Of a DNA stretch of 64,000 bases, positions 50,652 through 63,484 are shown piece by piece. Position 1 is the stretch's first letter. Each line of letters begins with the position of its first letter. Under the pieces are notes generated by a model. That model was given only the letters and a program-made list of their open reading frames with translations, was not told where the DNA came from and did no database searches. The position numbers and the translations under genes are program-made. Location of the stretch: the NCBI GenBank assembly GCA_963822965.1, contig CAWGJT010000012.1, positions 192,001-256,000 on the forward strand, given 5' to 3'. This stretch comes from an uncultured delta proteobacterium. Its GTDB lineage: Bacteria; Myxococcota_A; UBA9160; UBA4427.

Positions 50652-52851
50652 CGCGTACGGGCCTCGTCCGGGCCGCCCGCAGGGTGCCGTGGATGCGCTC
50701 GGCCAGGGTCGCCTGGGTGAAGGGCTTCGACACCAGCTCGATGCCGGGGGGCAGGCGTCCGCGCAGCCCGATGGCGTTCTCCGTGTAGCCCGACGTGAAG
50801 AGCACCGGCAGCCCGGGACGCCGCTCCTGGATGGCGCGGGCGAGCGCCGCCCCGCCCATGCCGCCCGGCAGCACCACGTCCGTGAAGACGAGCGCCACGT
50901 CGGGCCGGCGCGAGAGTAGCTCCAGGGCGTCGGGACCGTCCTCCGCCTGGGCGGTCGCATAGCCGCTGCGCTGGAGCAGGTTCACCGTGAGCGAGCGAAC
51001 GGCCTCGTCGTCCTCCACGACGAGGATGAGCTCGCCCGAGCCCCGGGGCCCGGGGCCGGCCGCCTCCGGCGGCGGTGCGATCCGCCCCCGCACCTGCATC
51101 TCGCCGTCGCGGGTCCGCGGCAGGTACACGCGCACGCAGGTCCCCTCCCCCGGCGCGCTCTCGATCTGGACGTCGCCCCCCGACTGGCGCACGAAGCCGT
51201 AGACCATGCTGAGGCCCAGGCCGCTGCCCCGTCCGAGCCCCTTGGTGGTGAAGAAGGGCTCGAAGGCGTGCTCGAGCACCTCCCGGTTCATGCCCGATCC
51301 GGCGTCGGAGATCGCGAGCATCACGTAGGCCCCGGGGCGTGCGCCCTGGCGGGCCTGCGGGCTGTCGGCGTCGACCGTGACGTTGGCGGTCTCGATCGTG
51401 AGCTCACCGCCGCCGGGCATGGCGTCCCGGGCGTTGATCGCGAGGTTCAGGATGACGTTCTCGAGCTGCGTCGGATCGACTTCGCACTTCCACAGCCCTT
51501 CGGCGCGCCGGGTCTGGATGTCCACCGTCTCGCCCAGGGTGCGGCGCAGCAGGTCGTCCATCCCCGACACCAGGTCGCCCACGTCGAGCACCCGGGGCTG
51601 CAGGGCCTGCTTGCGGGCGAACGCCAGCAGCCGGTGCGTGAGCGACGAGCCCCGCCGCGCGGCGGCCCGGGCGTTCTCCACGAAGGCCTGGGCCGGGTCG
51701 TCGGGCGCCAGGCTGCCCGCCACCAGCTGCAGGTTGCCCAGGATCACCGTCAGCAGGTTGTTGAAGTCGTGGGCGACGCCGCCGGTCAGCTGGCCCACGG
51801 CCTCGAGCTTCTGGGCCTGGAGGAGCTGCTCCTCCAGATCGAGCCGCCCGCTGATGTCGCTGGTGACGACGATGGCTCGCTCCACCTGGCCGCGCTCGAC
51901 GATGGGGCCCACGCGGCTCGAGTACCAGACCGGCCCTCGCAGCTCGTCGGCCACCTGCACGTCGTAGGAGACGGGCTCGCCGTGCGCGAAGACGCGCTCG
52001 ACGCCCTTCCGCACCCGCTCCGCATGCTCGGGCACCACCAGCTCCTCGGCGAGCCGTCCGGTGGGATCCAGCCGGTCCTGGCTCTGGTGGTTGGCGAACA
52101 ACACCCGGTGACTCCGATCGACGATCGCGATGCTGTCCGGCGCGTGCTCGACCACCGAGCGGAAGCGGGCCTCGGCGGCGCGCTTCTCGGCCTCGGCCCG
52201 GGCCCGCTCGTTGCGCGCGGAGGTGGCCAGCGCGAGGGCCTGCCGGGTGTCGCGCAGGCTGGCGGAGAGTCGCTCGACCACCGCATAGACGCCCAGGGCC
52301 AGCAGGGCGCTGCAGACGCCGTAGGTCAGGCTGATGCGCACCGCACCCGGCAGGTTGCTGGGATCCACGCTCGTCGGATCGAAGGCCGGCGCCAGCCAGC
52401 CCATGTGGATCGAGAGTGCGGTCCCCAGCAGGATCGTCGTCGAGAGGCCCCATCCGGCGATCGCCCAGCGCATGCCCAGCAGCAGGGCGCTGAGCCCGAC
52501 GCCAATCAGGGCGATGAGGATCGTGCCGACCCCGTAGCCGTAGCGGCTGGCCGCCAGGAACTCGATGGCGAACAGCGCGATCAGGAACGAGTAGGCGCGC
52601 AGCCGATAGGGCGCCCGGCGCAGCACCGCCGCGGCCAGCAGGACCAGCGGCGCGCCCACGGTCAGGGTGTCGCGCAGGAGCGACTCGCCCAGCCGGATCT
52701 CCCACGCGCCGTAGAGCATGAGGGCGCCGATCAGCATGGCGCCGACGCCGCTCAGGCGGTCGAAGATCCGCACCCGCCAGGCACCGGGCCCGTGCTTGGA
52801 ATGCGAATCGATCTCTTCGTTGCTCGCGCTCGCGGGCTCGCTCACCGACAC
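50635..52851 (-). CDS. Membrane hybrid sensor histidine kinase (TM-PAS-HisKA-HATPase-REC)
   Basis: QKLEAVGQLTGGVAHDFNNLL, NLAINARDAM, FEPFFTTK, GSGLGL, LVVEDD...TDVVLP...SKPF. Confidence 0.93.
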   Translation of the reverse strand: MSVSEPASASNEEIDSHSKHGPGAWRVRIFDRLSGVGAMLIGALMLYGAWEIRLGESLLRDTLTVGAPLVLLAAAVLRRAPYRLRAYSFLIALFAIEFLAASRYGYGVGTILIALIGVGLSALLLGMRWAIAGWGLSTTILLGTALSIHMGWLAPAFDPTSVDPSNLPGAVRISLTYGVCSALLALGVYAVVERLSASLRDTRQALALATSARNERARAEAEKRAAEARFRSVVEHAPDSIAIVDRSHRVLFANHQSQDRLDPTGRLAEELVVPEHAERVRKGVERVFAHGEPVSYDVQVADELRGPVWYSSRVGPIVERGQVERAIVVTSDISGRLDLEEQLLQAQKLEAVGQLTGGVAHDFNNLLTVILGNLQLVAGSLAPDDPAQAFVENARAAARRGSSLTHRLLAFARKQALQPRVLDVGDLVSGMDDLLRRTLGETVDIQTRRAEGLWKCEVDPTQLENVILNLAINARDAMPGGGELTIETANVTVDADSPQARQGARPGAYVMLAISDAGSGMNREVLEHAFEPFFTTKGLGRGSGLGLSMVYGFVRQSGGDVQIESAPGEGTCVRVYLPRTRDGEMQVRGRIAPPPEAAGPGPRGSGELILVVEDDEAVRSLTVNLLQRSGYATAQAEDGPDALELLSRRPDVALVFTDVVLPGGMGGAALARAIQERRPGLPVLFTSGYTENAIGLRGRLPPGIELVSKPFTQATLAERIHGTLRAARTRPVRVSEGS

Positions 52852-52948
52852 CCCGTGGACGCCCCCTGGGCGCCGAGCCCCCCAAGAGCCTGGAGGCAAT
52901 GGAAGCGTTCCTCCCGCCCCACCACAACGCTGCCGGTCCCGCGCCGGC

Positions 52949-53725
52949 TCACCCCGGGAAGTACGCGCCGGGCGTCGTCCCCAGCTGGCGCCGGAACATC
53001 GCGATGAACGCGCTCGGGCTCTCGTAGCCCAGCGCCAGCGACACCGCCGTCACCGACTCGCCCGCGGCCAGGCGCTCGAGGGCGCGCAACAGTCGCAGCT
53101 GGCGCCGCCAGGCGCCGAAGCTCATGCCCGTGTCCCGCCGGAAGAGACGCTCCAGGGTCCGCACGCTCGCGCCCGCCAGGCGCGCCCATTCCCCGAGCGT
53201 CCGGTCGCTGTCGGGAGCGGCGACCAGGGCGCGGGCCACCCGGGCCGGGCGCTCGTCGAGCGGGGTCGGCAGATGCAGCGGCGCCACGGGCGTCGCCTCG
53301 ATCTCGTCCAGCGCGACGCCCACCAGGCGCTCCTCCGCCCCGCCCAGGGGATGGGGCTGGGGCAGGGCCACCACCCGCAGGATCAGCTCGCGCAGGAGAG
53401 GCGAGACCCCGACCACGCAGCAGGCCCCCGGCAGACCGCCCCGGGCGTCGGGCTCGAGATAGAGCGTGCGCATGGCGACGCGTCCCGACATGCGGATGTC
53501 GTGCGGCGTGCCCCCGGGAAGCCAGACGGCGCGCTGGGGAGGCACCACCCAGGCGCCGTCCCGGGTCGACACGGTCATGACGCCGGAGGCGGCGTACACG
53601 AGCTGCGCCCGGCGGTGCCGGTGGCGCGGGATCCACTCTCCGTGCTGCCAGTCCGCCGCCACCCCCACCACGGGGCGGGGGATGTCCTCGGGAATCGGCG
53701 CCAGACGCGGATCGGGCTTGGCCAT
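52949..53725 (-). CDS. AraC-family regulator with cupin sensor domain
   Basis: HRHRRAQL, WVVPP.RAVW, S.RTL.RLF...TGMSF, LGYES.SAFI.MF. Confidence 0.92.
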   Translation of the reverse strand: MAKPDPRLAPIPEDIPRPVVGVAADWQHGEWIPRHRHRRAQLVYAASGVMTVSTRDGAWVVPPQRAVWLPGGTPHDIRMSGRVAMRTLYLEPDARGGLPGACCVVGVSPLLRELILRVVALPQPHPLGGAEERLVGVALDEIEATPVAPLHLPTPLDERPARVARALVAAPDSDRTLGEWARLAGASVRTLERLFRRDTGMSFGAWRRQLRLLRALERLAAGESVTAVSLALGYESPSAFIAMFRRQLGTTPGAYFPG

Positions 53726-53814
53726 TTCGCGACATATCTTGACCGGATCGCGCGAGCACGACCACCCCCAACCCGGGATCCTGGGCGCTCCCCCTCCGCA
53801 ACGGAGACCCCGCC

Positions 53815-54384
53815 ATGAATCGCATGCACCGTTGGTTCTGCCGCTCGTCCACCTGGCGCCGCACCCTGGAGGAGCGGCTGCTGCCCTGGGTGCTGGGCGA
53901 CGCCGACCTGGGCGATCACCTGCTGGAGGTGGGCCCCGGCCCGGGCCTGGCCACCGACGCCCTGCGCCGGCGCGCCGCGCGGGTCACGGCGATCGAGATC
54001 GACCCCACCCTCGCGGGCGCCCTCGAGACCCGCCTGCGCGGCACGAACGTCTCGGTCGCCCACGCAGACGCGACGGACATGCCCTTCGAGGACGGCTGCT
54101 TCTCGGCTGCGGTCTGCTTCACGATGCTCCACCACGTGCCGTCGGCGGCCCTGCAGGACCGGCTGCTCGCCGAGGTGCACCGGGTGCTGCGCCCGGGCGC
54201 GCCGTTTCTCGGCAGCGACAGCATCTCGAGTCGCAGCTTCGAGATGCTGCACTGGTGGGACACGCTGGTGCCGGTGGACCCGGACCGCTTCGGCGCACGG
54301 CTCGAGGCCGCGGGCTTCACGGATGTCGCCGTGCGGCGGGCACCCCGGACGTTCCGCTTCCGCGCGCGCCGGCCCGCCGCCTGA
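53815..54384 (+). CDS. Class I SAM-dependent methyltransferase
   Basis: LEVGPGPG, ADAT.MPF, MLHHVP, RVLRPG; divergent from araC. Confidence 0.88.
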   Translation: MNRMHRWFCRSSTWRRTLEERLLPWVLGDADLGDHLLEVGPGPGLATDALRRRAARVTAIEIDPTLAGALETRLRGTNVSVAHADATDMPFEDGCFSAAVCFTMLHHVPSAALQDRLLAEVHRVLRPGAPFLGSDSISSRSFEMLHWWDTLVPVDPDRFGARLEAAGFTDVAVRRAPRTFRFRARRPAA

Positions 54385-54399
54385 CGGGTCGCGTGCCGA

Positions 54400-55476
54400 C
54401 TACCAGCCGGCCATGCTGGCGGCCCGCTCGCGGTGGAAGGCCGGCGTGCCGAGGTAGGCCCGGTCGAACATCGCGCGCTTGAACCAGATCTGGACGTCGC
54501 ACTCCCACGTGAAGCCGATGCCGCCGTGGGCCTCCACGGCGTCGCGCGCCACCTGCATGTAGCGGTCTGTGATGTGCGCCTTGGCGACGGCGGCCGTGCG
54601 GGCCGACTCGTCGTGCACGTGGTCCATGGCGTGGGCCGCGTACCAGTAGAGACCGCGCGCGGGCTCCACCTCGACGGCCATGTTCGCCAGCTGGTGCTTC
54701 AGCGCCTGGAAGTGCCCGATGGTCACGCCGAACTGCTCCCGGGTCTTCGCGTACTCGACGGACATCTCGACGAGGCGCGTGGCGCCGCCGAAGGCATCCG
54801 CTGCCAGCAGCACGAGACCCGTGTCCCGCAGCTGCTGCGCCGCCGCCGCCCCGTCCGGCAGCGCCTCGGCGGGCGTGTTCGCGAACGTCGCCTGGAAGAG
54901 CCGGCGGGTACGGTCGCCACCGTCCATGTCCTTGATCTCGAGCCCGCTGGCTCCCTTCTCGACGAGGGCCAGGCCTCCCCCCTCGACCCCCACGACGATC
55001 ACGTCCGCCTGGGCACCGAAGATCACGTGGTTCTTCGTCCCGGTGAGGGTCTTGCCGCCGGCGAGCGCCCACTGGTCCGGGAGCCAGGCACCGCCCCCCT
55101 CCGCCAACGCCACGCTCCCGACGGCATCGCCGGTGGCGAGCCTGGGGAGCCAGGCCTTCTTCTGGGCGTCGCTGCCGCCCGTCGCGATGGCCAGCCCCGC
55201 CAGCGCGTGTCCGATGAAGGGACCGGGGGCGGCCATCCGGCCCAGCACCTCGGAGACGATGGCCAGGTCGAGGATCTCGAGCCCCGCTCCACCGTACTCC
55301 TCGGGCAGGTGCAGTCCGGCGAGACCCATCTCCGCCATGCCCTTCCACAGCTTCTCGTCGAAGCCCGTGTCGCCGTCGAAGATCTCGCGCAGGCTCGTGG
55401 CCGGGCACTCGTTCTCGAGGTACTGCCGGACGGTCTCCTGCAGCATCTCCTGCTCTTCGGAAAGGTCGAAGTTCAT
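54400..55476 (-). CDS. Acyl-CoA dehydrogenase (second subunit of a tandem pair)
   Basis: MNFDLSEEQ, PEEYGGAG, YAKTREQFG..IG.FQALKH, HGGIGFTWE. Confidence 0.92.
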   Translation of the reverse strand: MNFDLSEEQEMLQETVRQYLENECPATSLREIFDGDTGFDEKLWKGMAEMGLAGLHLPEEYGGAGLEILDLAIVSEVLGRMAAPGPFIGHALAGLAIATGGSDAQKKAWLPRLATGDAVGSVALAEGGGAWLPDQWALAGGKTLTGTKNHVIFGAQADVIVVGVEGGGLALVEKGASGLEIKDMDGGDRTRRLFQATFANTPAEALPDGAAAAQQLRDTGLVLLAADAFGGATRLVEMSVEYAKTREQFGVTIGHFQALKHQLANMAVEVEPARGLYWYAAHAMDHVHDESARTAAVAKAHITDRYMQVARDAVEAHGGIGFTWECDVQIWFKRAMFDRAYLGTPAFHRERAASMAGW

Positions 55477-56684
55477 TTGCGCGAGCTCCTGTCCGCGGCG
55501 CTGTCCCGGGGCAGGCCCAGGCCGCGCTCGCCGATCACGTTGCGCTGGATGTTGGCGGTGCCTCCCGCGACCGCGATGCCGAGGGAGTACATGTAGTGGG
55601 CGATCCAGCCCTGGTGGCCGCCCATCATGCCCTCCATCGAGCGGCTCCCGGCCGAGAGCAGCCCGTCGTCCCCCAGCAGGTCGAGCGCCAGGCGCGCGAT
55701 GTCGTGCCCGATGTTCGTCGAGATGATCTTGTTCATCATCGTGATGATGCCCGGCGATTCGCCCTTGGCGTCCTTGGTGAGGGTGCGGTAGCCCGAGTAC
55801 TGGTGGGCCCGCACGGTGCCCTCGAGGGCGGCCAGGCGCTGCCGGATCTCCGCGTTCTCGATGGCCGGGCGGCCGTCGATGCGCGACTCCTTCGCCAGGG
55901 CCAGCAGGCCCTTGAAGAGGGCGCGCGTCTGCTGGGTGCTGCCGATGGAGTTGCGCTCGTGCTTGAGGGTGGTGCGGGAGACCAGCCAGCCCTCGCCCCG
56001 CTTGCCGACGATCCAGTCCTTGGGGGTCTTCGCGTTCGTGAAGAACACCTCGCAGAAGTCGGCGCCGCCCGTCATCTGCCGCAGGGGCCGCACCTCGATC
56101 CCCGGCTGCTTCATGTCGATCAGCAGGTAGGAGATGCCGGCGTGCTTGGGGGCCTCGGGCTCGGTGCGGGTGAGGCAGAACATGTAGTGGGCGGTCTGGG
56201 CGCCGCTGGTCCAGATCTTCTGGCCGTTGATCACCCACTCGTCGCCCACCAGCTCGCCCCGGGTCTTCAGGGAGGCCAGGTCGCTTCCCGACCCCGGCTC
56301 GCTGTAGCCCTGACACCAGTTCACGTCTCCCCGGATGGTGGGCCCGACGAACTTCTCCTTCTGCCACTCCTCGCCGCGCTCGAGGAGCGTCGGCACGAGC
56401 ATCATCGTGCCGATGCCCCGGGGCTCCATGGGCGCGTGCGCCTTGCCGAACTCCTCCCGGATGATCTGGGCCTTGAGGACGTCGGGCTCCTGCTCCGAGC
56501 CGCCGTACTGCTTCGGGATGTTGCGGCACAGGTAGCCCGCCTCGATGGCGCGCTCGCGGAACCGGATGGCCTGCTCGTTCCAGCCGAGCTCGGCTTCCTC
56601 GCCCTGCAGCGGCCAGTTCTGGCTCAGGAACTTCGCGACCTCGTCGCGGAAGCCCTCGAGCGCCTCGCCGTAGCTCAGATCCAT
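55473..56684 (-). CDS. Acyl-CoA dehydrogenase (first subunit of a tandem pair)
   Basis: WCQGYSEPGSGSDLASL, INGQKIWTS, FCEVFF, TLKHER, IAVAGGTANIQRN.IGER.LGLP. Confidence 0.92.
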   Translation of the reverse strand: MDLSYGEALEGFRDEVAKFLSQNWPLQGEEAELGWNEQAIRFRERAIEAGYLCRNIPKQYGGSEQEPDVLKAQIIREEFGKAHAPMEPRGIGTMMLVPTLLERGEEWQKEKFVGPTIRGDVNWCQGYSEPGSGSDLASLKTRGELVGDEWVINGQKIWTSGAQTAHYMFCLTRTEPEAPKHAGISYLLIDMKQPGIEVRPLRQMTGGADFCEVFFTNAKTPKDWIVGKRGEGWLVSRTTLKHERNSIGSTQQTRALFKGLLALAKESRIDGRPAIENAEIRQRLAALEGTVRAHQYSGYRTLTKDAKGESPGIITMMNKIISTNIGHDIARLALDLLGDDGLLSAGSRSMEGMMGGHQGWIAHYMYSLGIAVAGGTANIQRNVIGERGLGLPRDSAADRSSRK

Positions 56685-56879
56685 GTGGGAAGACCTCGTC
56701 TCTCGCGTGCGTTCGCACGCGACCCGGGCGGGTCGCGTGCTTGGTGATTCGCCGATCCGCGGACTCGCCGTCTTGGCCCCGCGGGAGCTCCGCGCTCGTC
56801 GCCGGGCGTGCCCGAGTGTGAGGATCCCGGCCGGGCAGGTCAAGAGGTTCGAGGGTCGAACTAAACCGGGAGGCGCCCC

Positions 56880-57656
56880 TCAGCGACGCCGGGCGAGGCC
56901 CACGTGCAGCTCGCCGGGTCGGAGCAGCTTGAAGGCCTCTCCGTACGCCGCGCCCACCGCCTCGCCCCACCGCTGCTCGACCGCCGTGATCCCCCGATGG
57001 ATGCCCTCGAGGGCCTCTCCCATGAGCTGGGACCGGTAGGCGTCCATCGCCCGGTGCTTGCGCTCCCGGGTGGCCGAGACGTCGAAGACGACGTTGGGCT
57101 CGAGGGTGTAGTAGAGCACCAGCGCGCGCAGGCCGTGGGGCTCGTAGGCGTCGTCCACCTCGGGGCGGGTCCGGAAGCGAGGCAGCCCGTGGAACATCAC
57201 CGCCTCGCCCGCCGCGATGCCGGTGCGGAGGTGGTCCCGGTGGGCTTCGTGGGGGAGCCACGGGTCGCACGTGAAGACGTAGTCCGGTCGCAGCACGCGG
57301 ATACGCTCGATGATGCGCTGGCGCAGATCCACCTCGCTCCACTCGCCGCCATCCGGAAGGTCGAGGGGGTGCTGGGCGTGGACGCCGATGATGCGCCCCG
57401 CTTCCTGCTGCTCGTCGAGGAGGCGCGCGATTGCCACGTCGTCGGGCAGGTGCGGATCCTTCACGCCGGAGAGGTTGTCGGTCACCGTCAGGTAGTGGAC
57501 ATCGACGCCCCGGTCGGCGAGGTGCGCGAACGTGCCGCCGGCCGCGATGTCGTTGTCGTCGTAGTGGGGCTGCACGCAGAGGACGCACCGGGCTCGCTCG
57601 ATCTCGGCCCGGAAGCGGTCCGCGTGTCGCAGGGGGTCGGGGGCAGGCTCCGTCAT
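56880..57656 (-). CDS. PIG-L/LmbE-family deacetylase
   Basis: QPHYDDND and HRDH motifs. Confidence 0.85.
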   Translation of the reverse strand: MTEPAPDPLRHADRFRAEIERARCVLCVQPHYDDNDIAAGGTFAHLADRGVDVHYLTVTDNLSGVKDPHLPDDVAIARLLDEQQEAGRIIGVHAQHPLDLPDGGEWSEVDLRQRIIERIRVLRPDYVFTCDPWLPHEAHRDHLRTGIAAGEAVMFHGLPRFRTRPEVDDAYEPHGLRALVLYYTLEPNVVFDVSATRERKHRAMDAYRSQLMGEALEGIHRGITAVEQRWGEAVGAAYGEAFKLLRPGELHVGLARRR

Positions 57657-57710
57657 CTCGCCAGCATATCAACACGCCCGGGGCGGCGGTCGCCTGCCTA
57701 TACTCGGTCC

Positions 57711-58973
57711 GTGACCGAGCGACTCGCCATCCACGGAGGCACGCCCCTGCGCGGGCGTCCCTTCGCGCGCTGGCCCGAGTGGGGCGACGAGGAGCGGAAG
57801 GCCCTCTCCCGGGTGCTCGAACGCGGCTCCTGGGGCGGACATCCCAGCCCGAACGTCGAGGCGCGCGCCTTCGCGGAGGAGTTCGCGGCCTATCTGGACG
57901 TGCCCCACGTGGTGACCTGTACGAGCGGAAGCACGGCGCTGGTCCTGGCCCTTCAGGCCGCGCGGCTCTCCCCCGGCGCCGAGGTGATCACCACCGCCTA
58001 CAGCTTCGTCGCCACCGCCGGCGCCATCGCCCAGGCGGGCTGCCTCCCCGTCCCGGTAGACGTGGAGGAGACCGGCTACTGCATCGACCCGACCCTCGTC
58101 GAGGCGGCCATCGGCCCTCGCACCGAGGCCATCGTGGCGGTTCACCTGGCCTGCTCGATGGCCGACCTCGATCGCCTCGGCGAGATCGCGACTCGCCACG
58201 GCCTGGTGTTGATCGAGGACTGCGCGCACGCCCATGGCGCCCGCTGGCGCGACCGGGCGGCCGGCGGATTCGGCGACTTCGGCTGCTTCTCGATGCAGTC
58301 GACCAAGCTGCTCACGGCGGGAGAAGGCGGCGCGGTCTCCACCCGCAGCCCCGAGGCCGCGTCGCGTCTGGCTTCGCTCGTGAACTGCGGCCGCAAGGAG
58401 CCGGGCGCCGACGCCTTCCCGGAGCGGCTGCTGGGCCACAACTACCGCATCAGCGAGTGGCAGGGGGCGGTCCTGCGCGAGCAGCTTCGCCGTCTCGACG
58501 GGCAGCACGAGCGCCGCAGCCACGGCGTGGCCCGGCTCGAGCGGGCGATCGCGAAGCTTCCGGGTCTCGCGCCCCTGCGCCCGGACCCTCGCGTCACCCG
58601 GCGGACCCACTACCAGACGATCCTGCGCTACGACGCCAGCGCCTTCGCGGGCGCGCCCCGCGACCACGTGCTGCTGGCCCTGCAGGCCGAAGGGCTGCCC
58701 TGCTACGGGCGCTTCTACCTGCCCATCGACGAGGACCCGCTCTTCGCCCCGGACCCCGCCACGAACCCGGCCGTGGCCCTGGGCTTCGCCTGGGGCGGCG
58801 ACCGCTTCCCGGTGACCCGTCGCGCGGCCTACGACGAGACGATCTGGCTGCCCCACGAGATCTTTCTGGGCCCCGATGAGGACGTGGACGACGTCGCCGC
58901 GATCCTCGCCCGGGTGCAGGCCGGCGCGGCCTCGCTGCGCGACCGGCCGCCGCGCAGCCGTCCCGCACGCTGA
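57711..58973 (+). CDS. DegT/DnrJ/EryC1/StrS PLP-dependent aminotransferase
   Basis: SGSTAL, SFVATA, IEDCAHAHG, FSMQSTKLLTAGEGG, GHNYRISE. Confidence 0.92.
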   Translation: MTERLAIHGGTPLRGRPFARWPEWGDEERKALSRVLERGSWGGHPSPNVEARAFAEEFAAYLDVPHVVTCTSGSTALVLALQAARLSPGAEVITTAYSFVATAGAIAQAGCLPVPVDVEETGYCIDPTLVEAAIGPRTEAIVAVHLACSMADLDRLGEIATRHGLVLIEDCAHAHGARWRDRAAGGFGDFGCFSMQSTKLLTAGEGGAVSTRSPEAASRLASLVNCGRKEPGADAFPERLLGHNYRISEWQGAVLREQLRRLDGQHERRSHGVARLERAIAKLPGLAPLRPDPRVTRRTHYQTILRYDASAFAGAPRDHVLLALQAEGLPCYGRFYLPIDEDPLFAPDPATNPAVALGFAWGGDRFPVTRRAAYDETIWLPHEIFLGPDEDVDDVAAILARVQAGAASLRDRPPRSRPAR

Positions 58974-58988
58974 CAGGGATCGTGCGGG

Positions 58989-61778
<2,790 letters not shown>

Positions 61779-61929
61779 GCACCCCTCCGAAGGCCGGCGC
61801 TCCGCGCGCCGGCGAACGCAGGGCTGATCGGCGGAAACCCCGGCCCGCCTGAGACCTACGAGGCGGAATCGCGCTGCCGCGCTGCACGGCGGGTCGCTCG
61901 CCGAGGTTCGGACCCGCGCCGCCAGCCGT

Positions 61930-62256
61930 TCAGGGACCGGGCGCCAGGATCGCGAGCAGGACGAGTCGCTCGTCGCCGGTATTGCGGACGCCGTGGGGCA
62001 CGCCCTCGGGCGCCACCAGCATGACGCCGGGCTCCATCGGGATCTCGCGATCGGCGAGCAGGAAGACGCCCTGCCCGGTGAGCACCTGGTACACCTTGTC
62101 CATTCCCGTGTGGGCGTGGAGCTTGTGCTCCTGCCCCGGCTCGAAGGCGTTGAGCCCCACCAGGATGCGGGGCGACGCGAAGAGGGTCGCCTTGCCCATC
62201 TTGTCGGGCTGGAAGACGGCGTGCTCTTCGGGACGCAGGGCTTCGGGGTGGTCCAT
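61930..62256 (-). CDS. Cupin-domain protein
   Basis: EPGQ...LHAH...DK.Y...G; APEGVPHGVRN. Confidence 0.85.
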   Translation of the reverse strand: MDHPEALRPEEHAVFQPDKMGKATLFASPRILVGLNAFEPGQEHKLHAHTGMDKVYQVLTGQGVFLLADREIPMEPGVMLVAPEGVPHGVRNTGDERLVLLAILAPGP

Positions 62257-62351
62257 GATGAGGCTCCTCGTTCGCTCGTTCGGGCGGACTCCACGCGGGC
62301 GCGGGCGACCCGCCGGAGACCGCGGAACATAGCGTGCGGTAGAGTGCTGCC

Positions 62352-62981
62352 TTGGCCGCCTTCCACCGCTTCGACGACGCCCTGCGCGTGCGGCTGCGCG
62401 ACAACCTCCGCGGCTTCGCGCGGCGCAGTCACGAGGGGAGTGGGCTCACGGCTGCAGCCGTCGCGTTGGCGATGGTGCCCGACACGGAAGGCCGCGCCTG
62501 TTTCGTCCTCACCCGGCGCGCGCCGCGGCTCCGGGAGCACCCCGGCCAGTGGGCGCTGCCGGGCGGTCGCATGGACCCGGGGGAGACGGCGCCGGAGACC
62601 GCGCTGCGCGAGTGCCGCGAAGAGGTGGATCTCGCGCTCGCTCCGGGCGACGTGCTGGGCCTGCTGGACGACTACCCGACGCGCTCGGGCTATGCGATCA
62701 CACCCGTCGTCGTCTGGGGCGGCGCCGACGCGCGCATGACCGCCAACGCGCAGGAGGTGGCCGAGATCCATCGGGTGCCGCTCACGGCGCTGGACCACCC
62801 GGACGTTCCCCGCCTGCGCACGATCCCGGAGAGCAACCGTCCGGTGATCTCCGTTCCCCTGCTCGGCACCCACATCCACGCGCCGACCGCCGCGATCCTC
62901 TACCAGCTGCGGGAGGTGGTCTTGCACGGGCGCGACACCCGGGTCGACCACTACGAGCAGCCGCTCTTCGCCTGGCGTTAG
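62352..62981 (+). CDS. Nudix hydrolase, CoA pyrophosphatase (NudL-like)
   Basis: LTRR...LR.HPGQWALPGG, Nudix box GE....TALRECREEV. Confidence 0.9.
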   Translation: MAAFHRFDDALRVRLRDNLRGFARRSHEGSGLTAAAVALAMVPDTEGRACFVLTRRAPRLREHPGQWALPGGRMDPGETAPETALRECREEVDLALAPGDVLGLLDDYPTRSGYAITPVVVWGGADARMTANAQEVAEIHRVPLTALDHPDVPRLRTIPESNRPVISVPLLGTHIHAPTAAILYQLREVVLHGRDTRVDHYEQPLFAWR

Positions 62982-63190
62982 CGACGCACGACAGATCGTC
63001 TCGACGGAACGCCCGCGGAGACGACCGCGACCGTCGACACGACGCGCGCAGACCCGAGACCCACGACGGCGCCGCATCACCGGCAACTCCGGGCTCGATC
63101 CGGTCGGAATTCCGTAAAGGCTTCCAGATCCGGTAGACTCCGTGGTGCCGTGTGCACGGGGCGCACCTCGAAAGCTCGGGAGCCCCTTCA

Positions 63191-63466
63191 TTGACGAAAT
63201 CGCAGAAAGCGCCGAAGGACGATCCCGTCATCCGACCGGGAGCCGGCGGACACCGGTTCGGCCCCGACCTGCAGTGCAACGAGTGCGGTCGCAACTGGGA
63301 CGAGCATCAACACGACCCGAGCCCCTGCAGCGAGATCGCGGAGGTGGAGAAGGTCGCGGCGGAAGCGCCGCTCGACGCGGGGCGCCGCGCCGAGGAGGCG
63401 GAGGCGCTGGCCGAGCCAGGCGGCGATTCCGTGGAGAGTGACAAGGAAACGGACGAAGATCCGTGA
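63191..63466 (+). CDS. Small acidic hypothetical protein with His/Cys cluster
   Basis: HRFGPDLQCNECGRNWDEHQHDPSPC then acidic tail; start uncertain. Confidence 0.5.
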   Translation: MTKSQKAPKDDPVIRPGAGGHRFGPDLQCNECGRNWDEHQHDPSPCSEIAEVEKVAAEAPLDAGRRAEEAEALAEPGGDSVESDKETDEDP

Positions 63467-63484
63467 AGCGCGGCGCCCGGCGGG

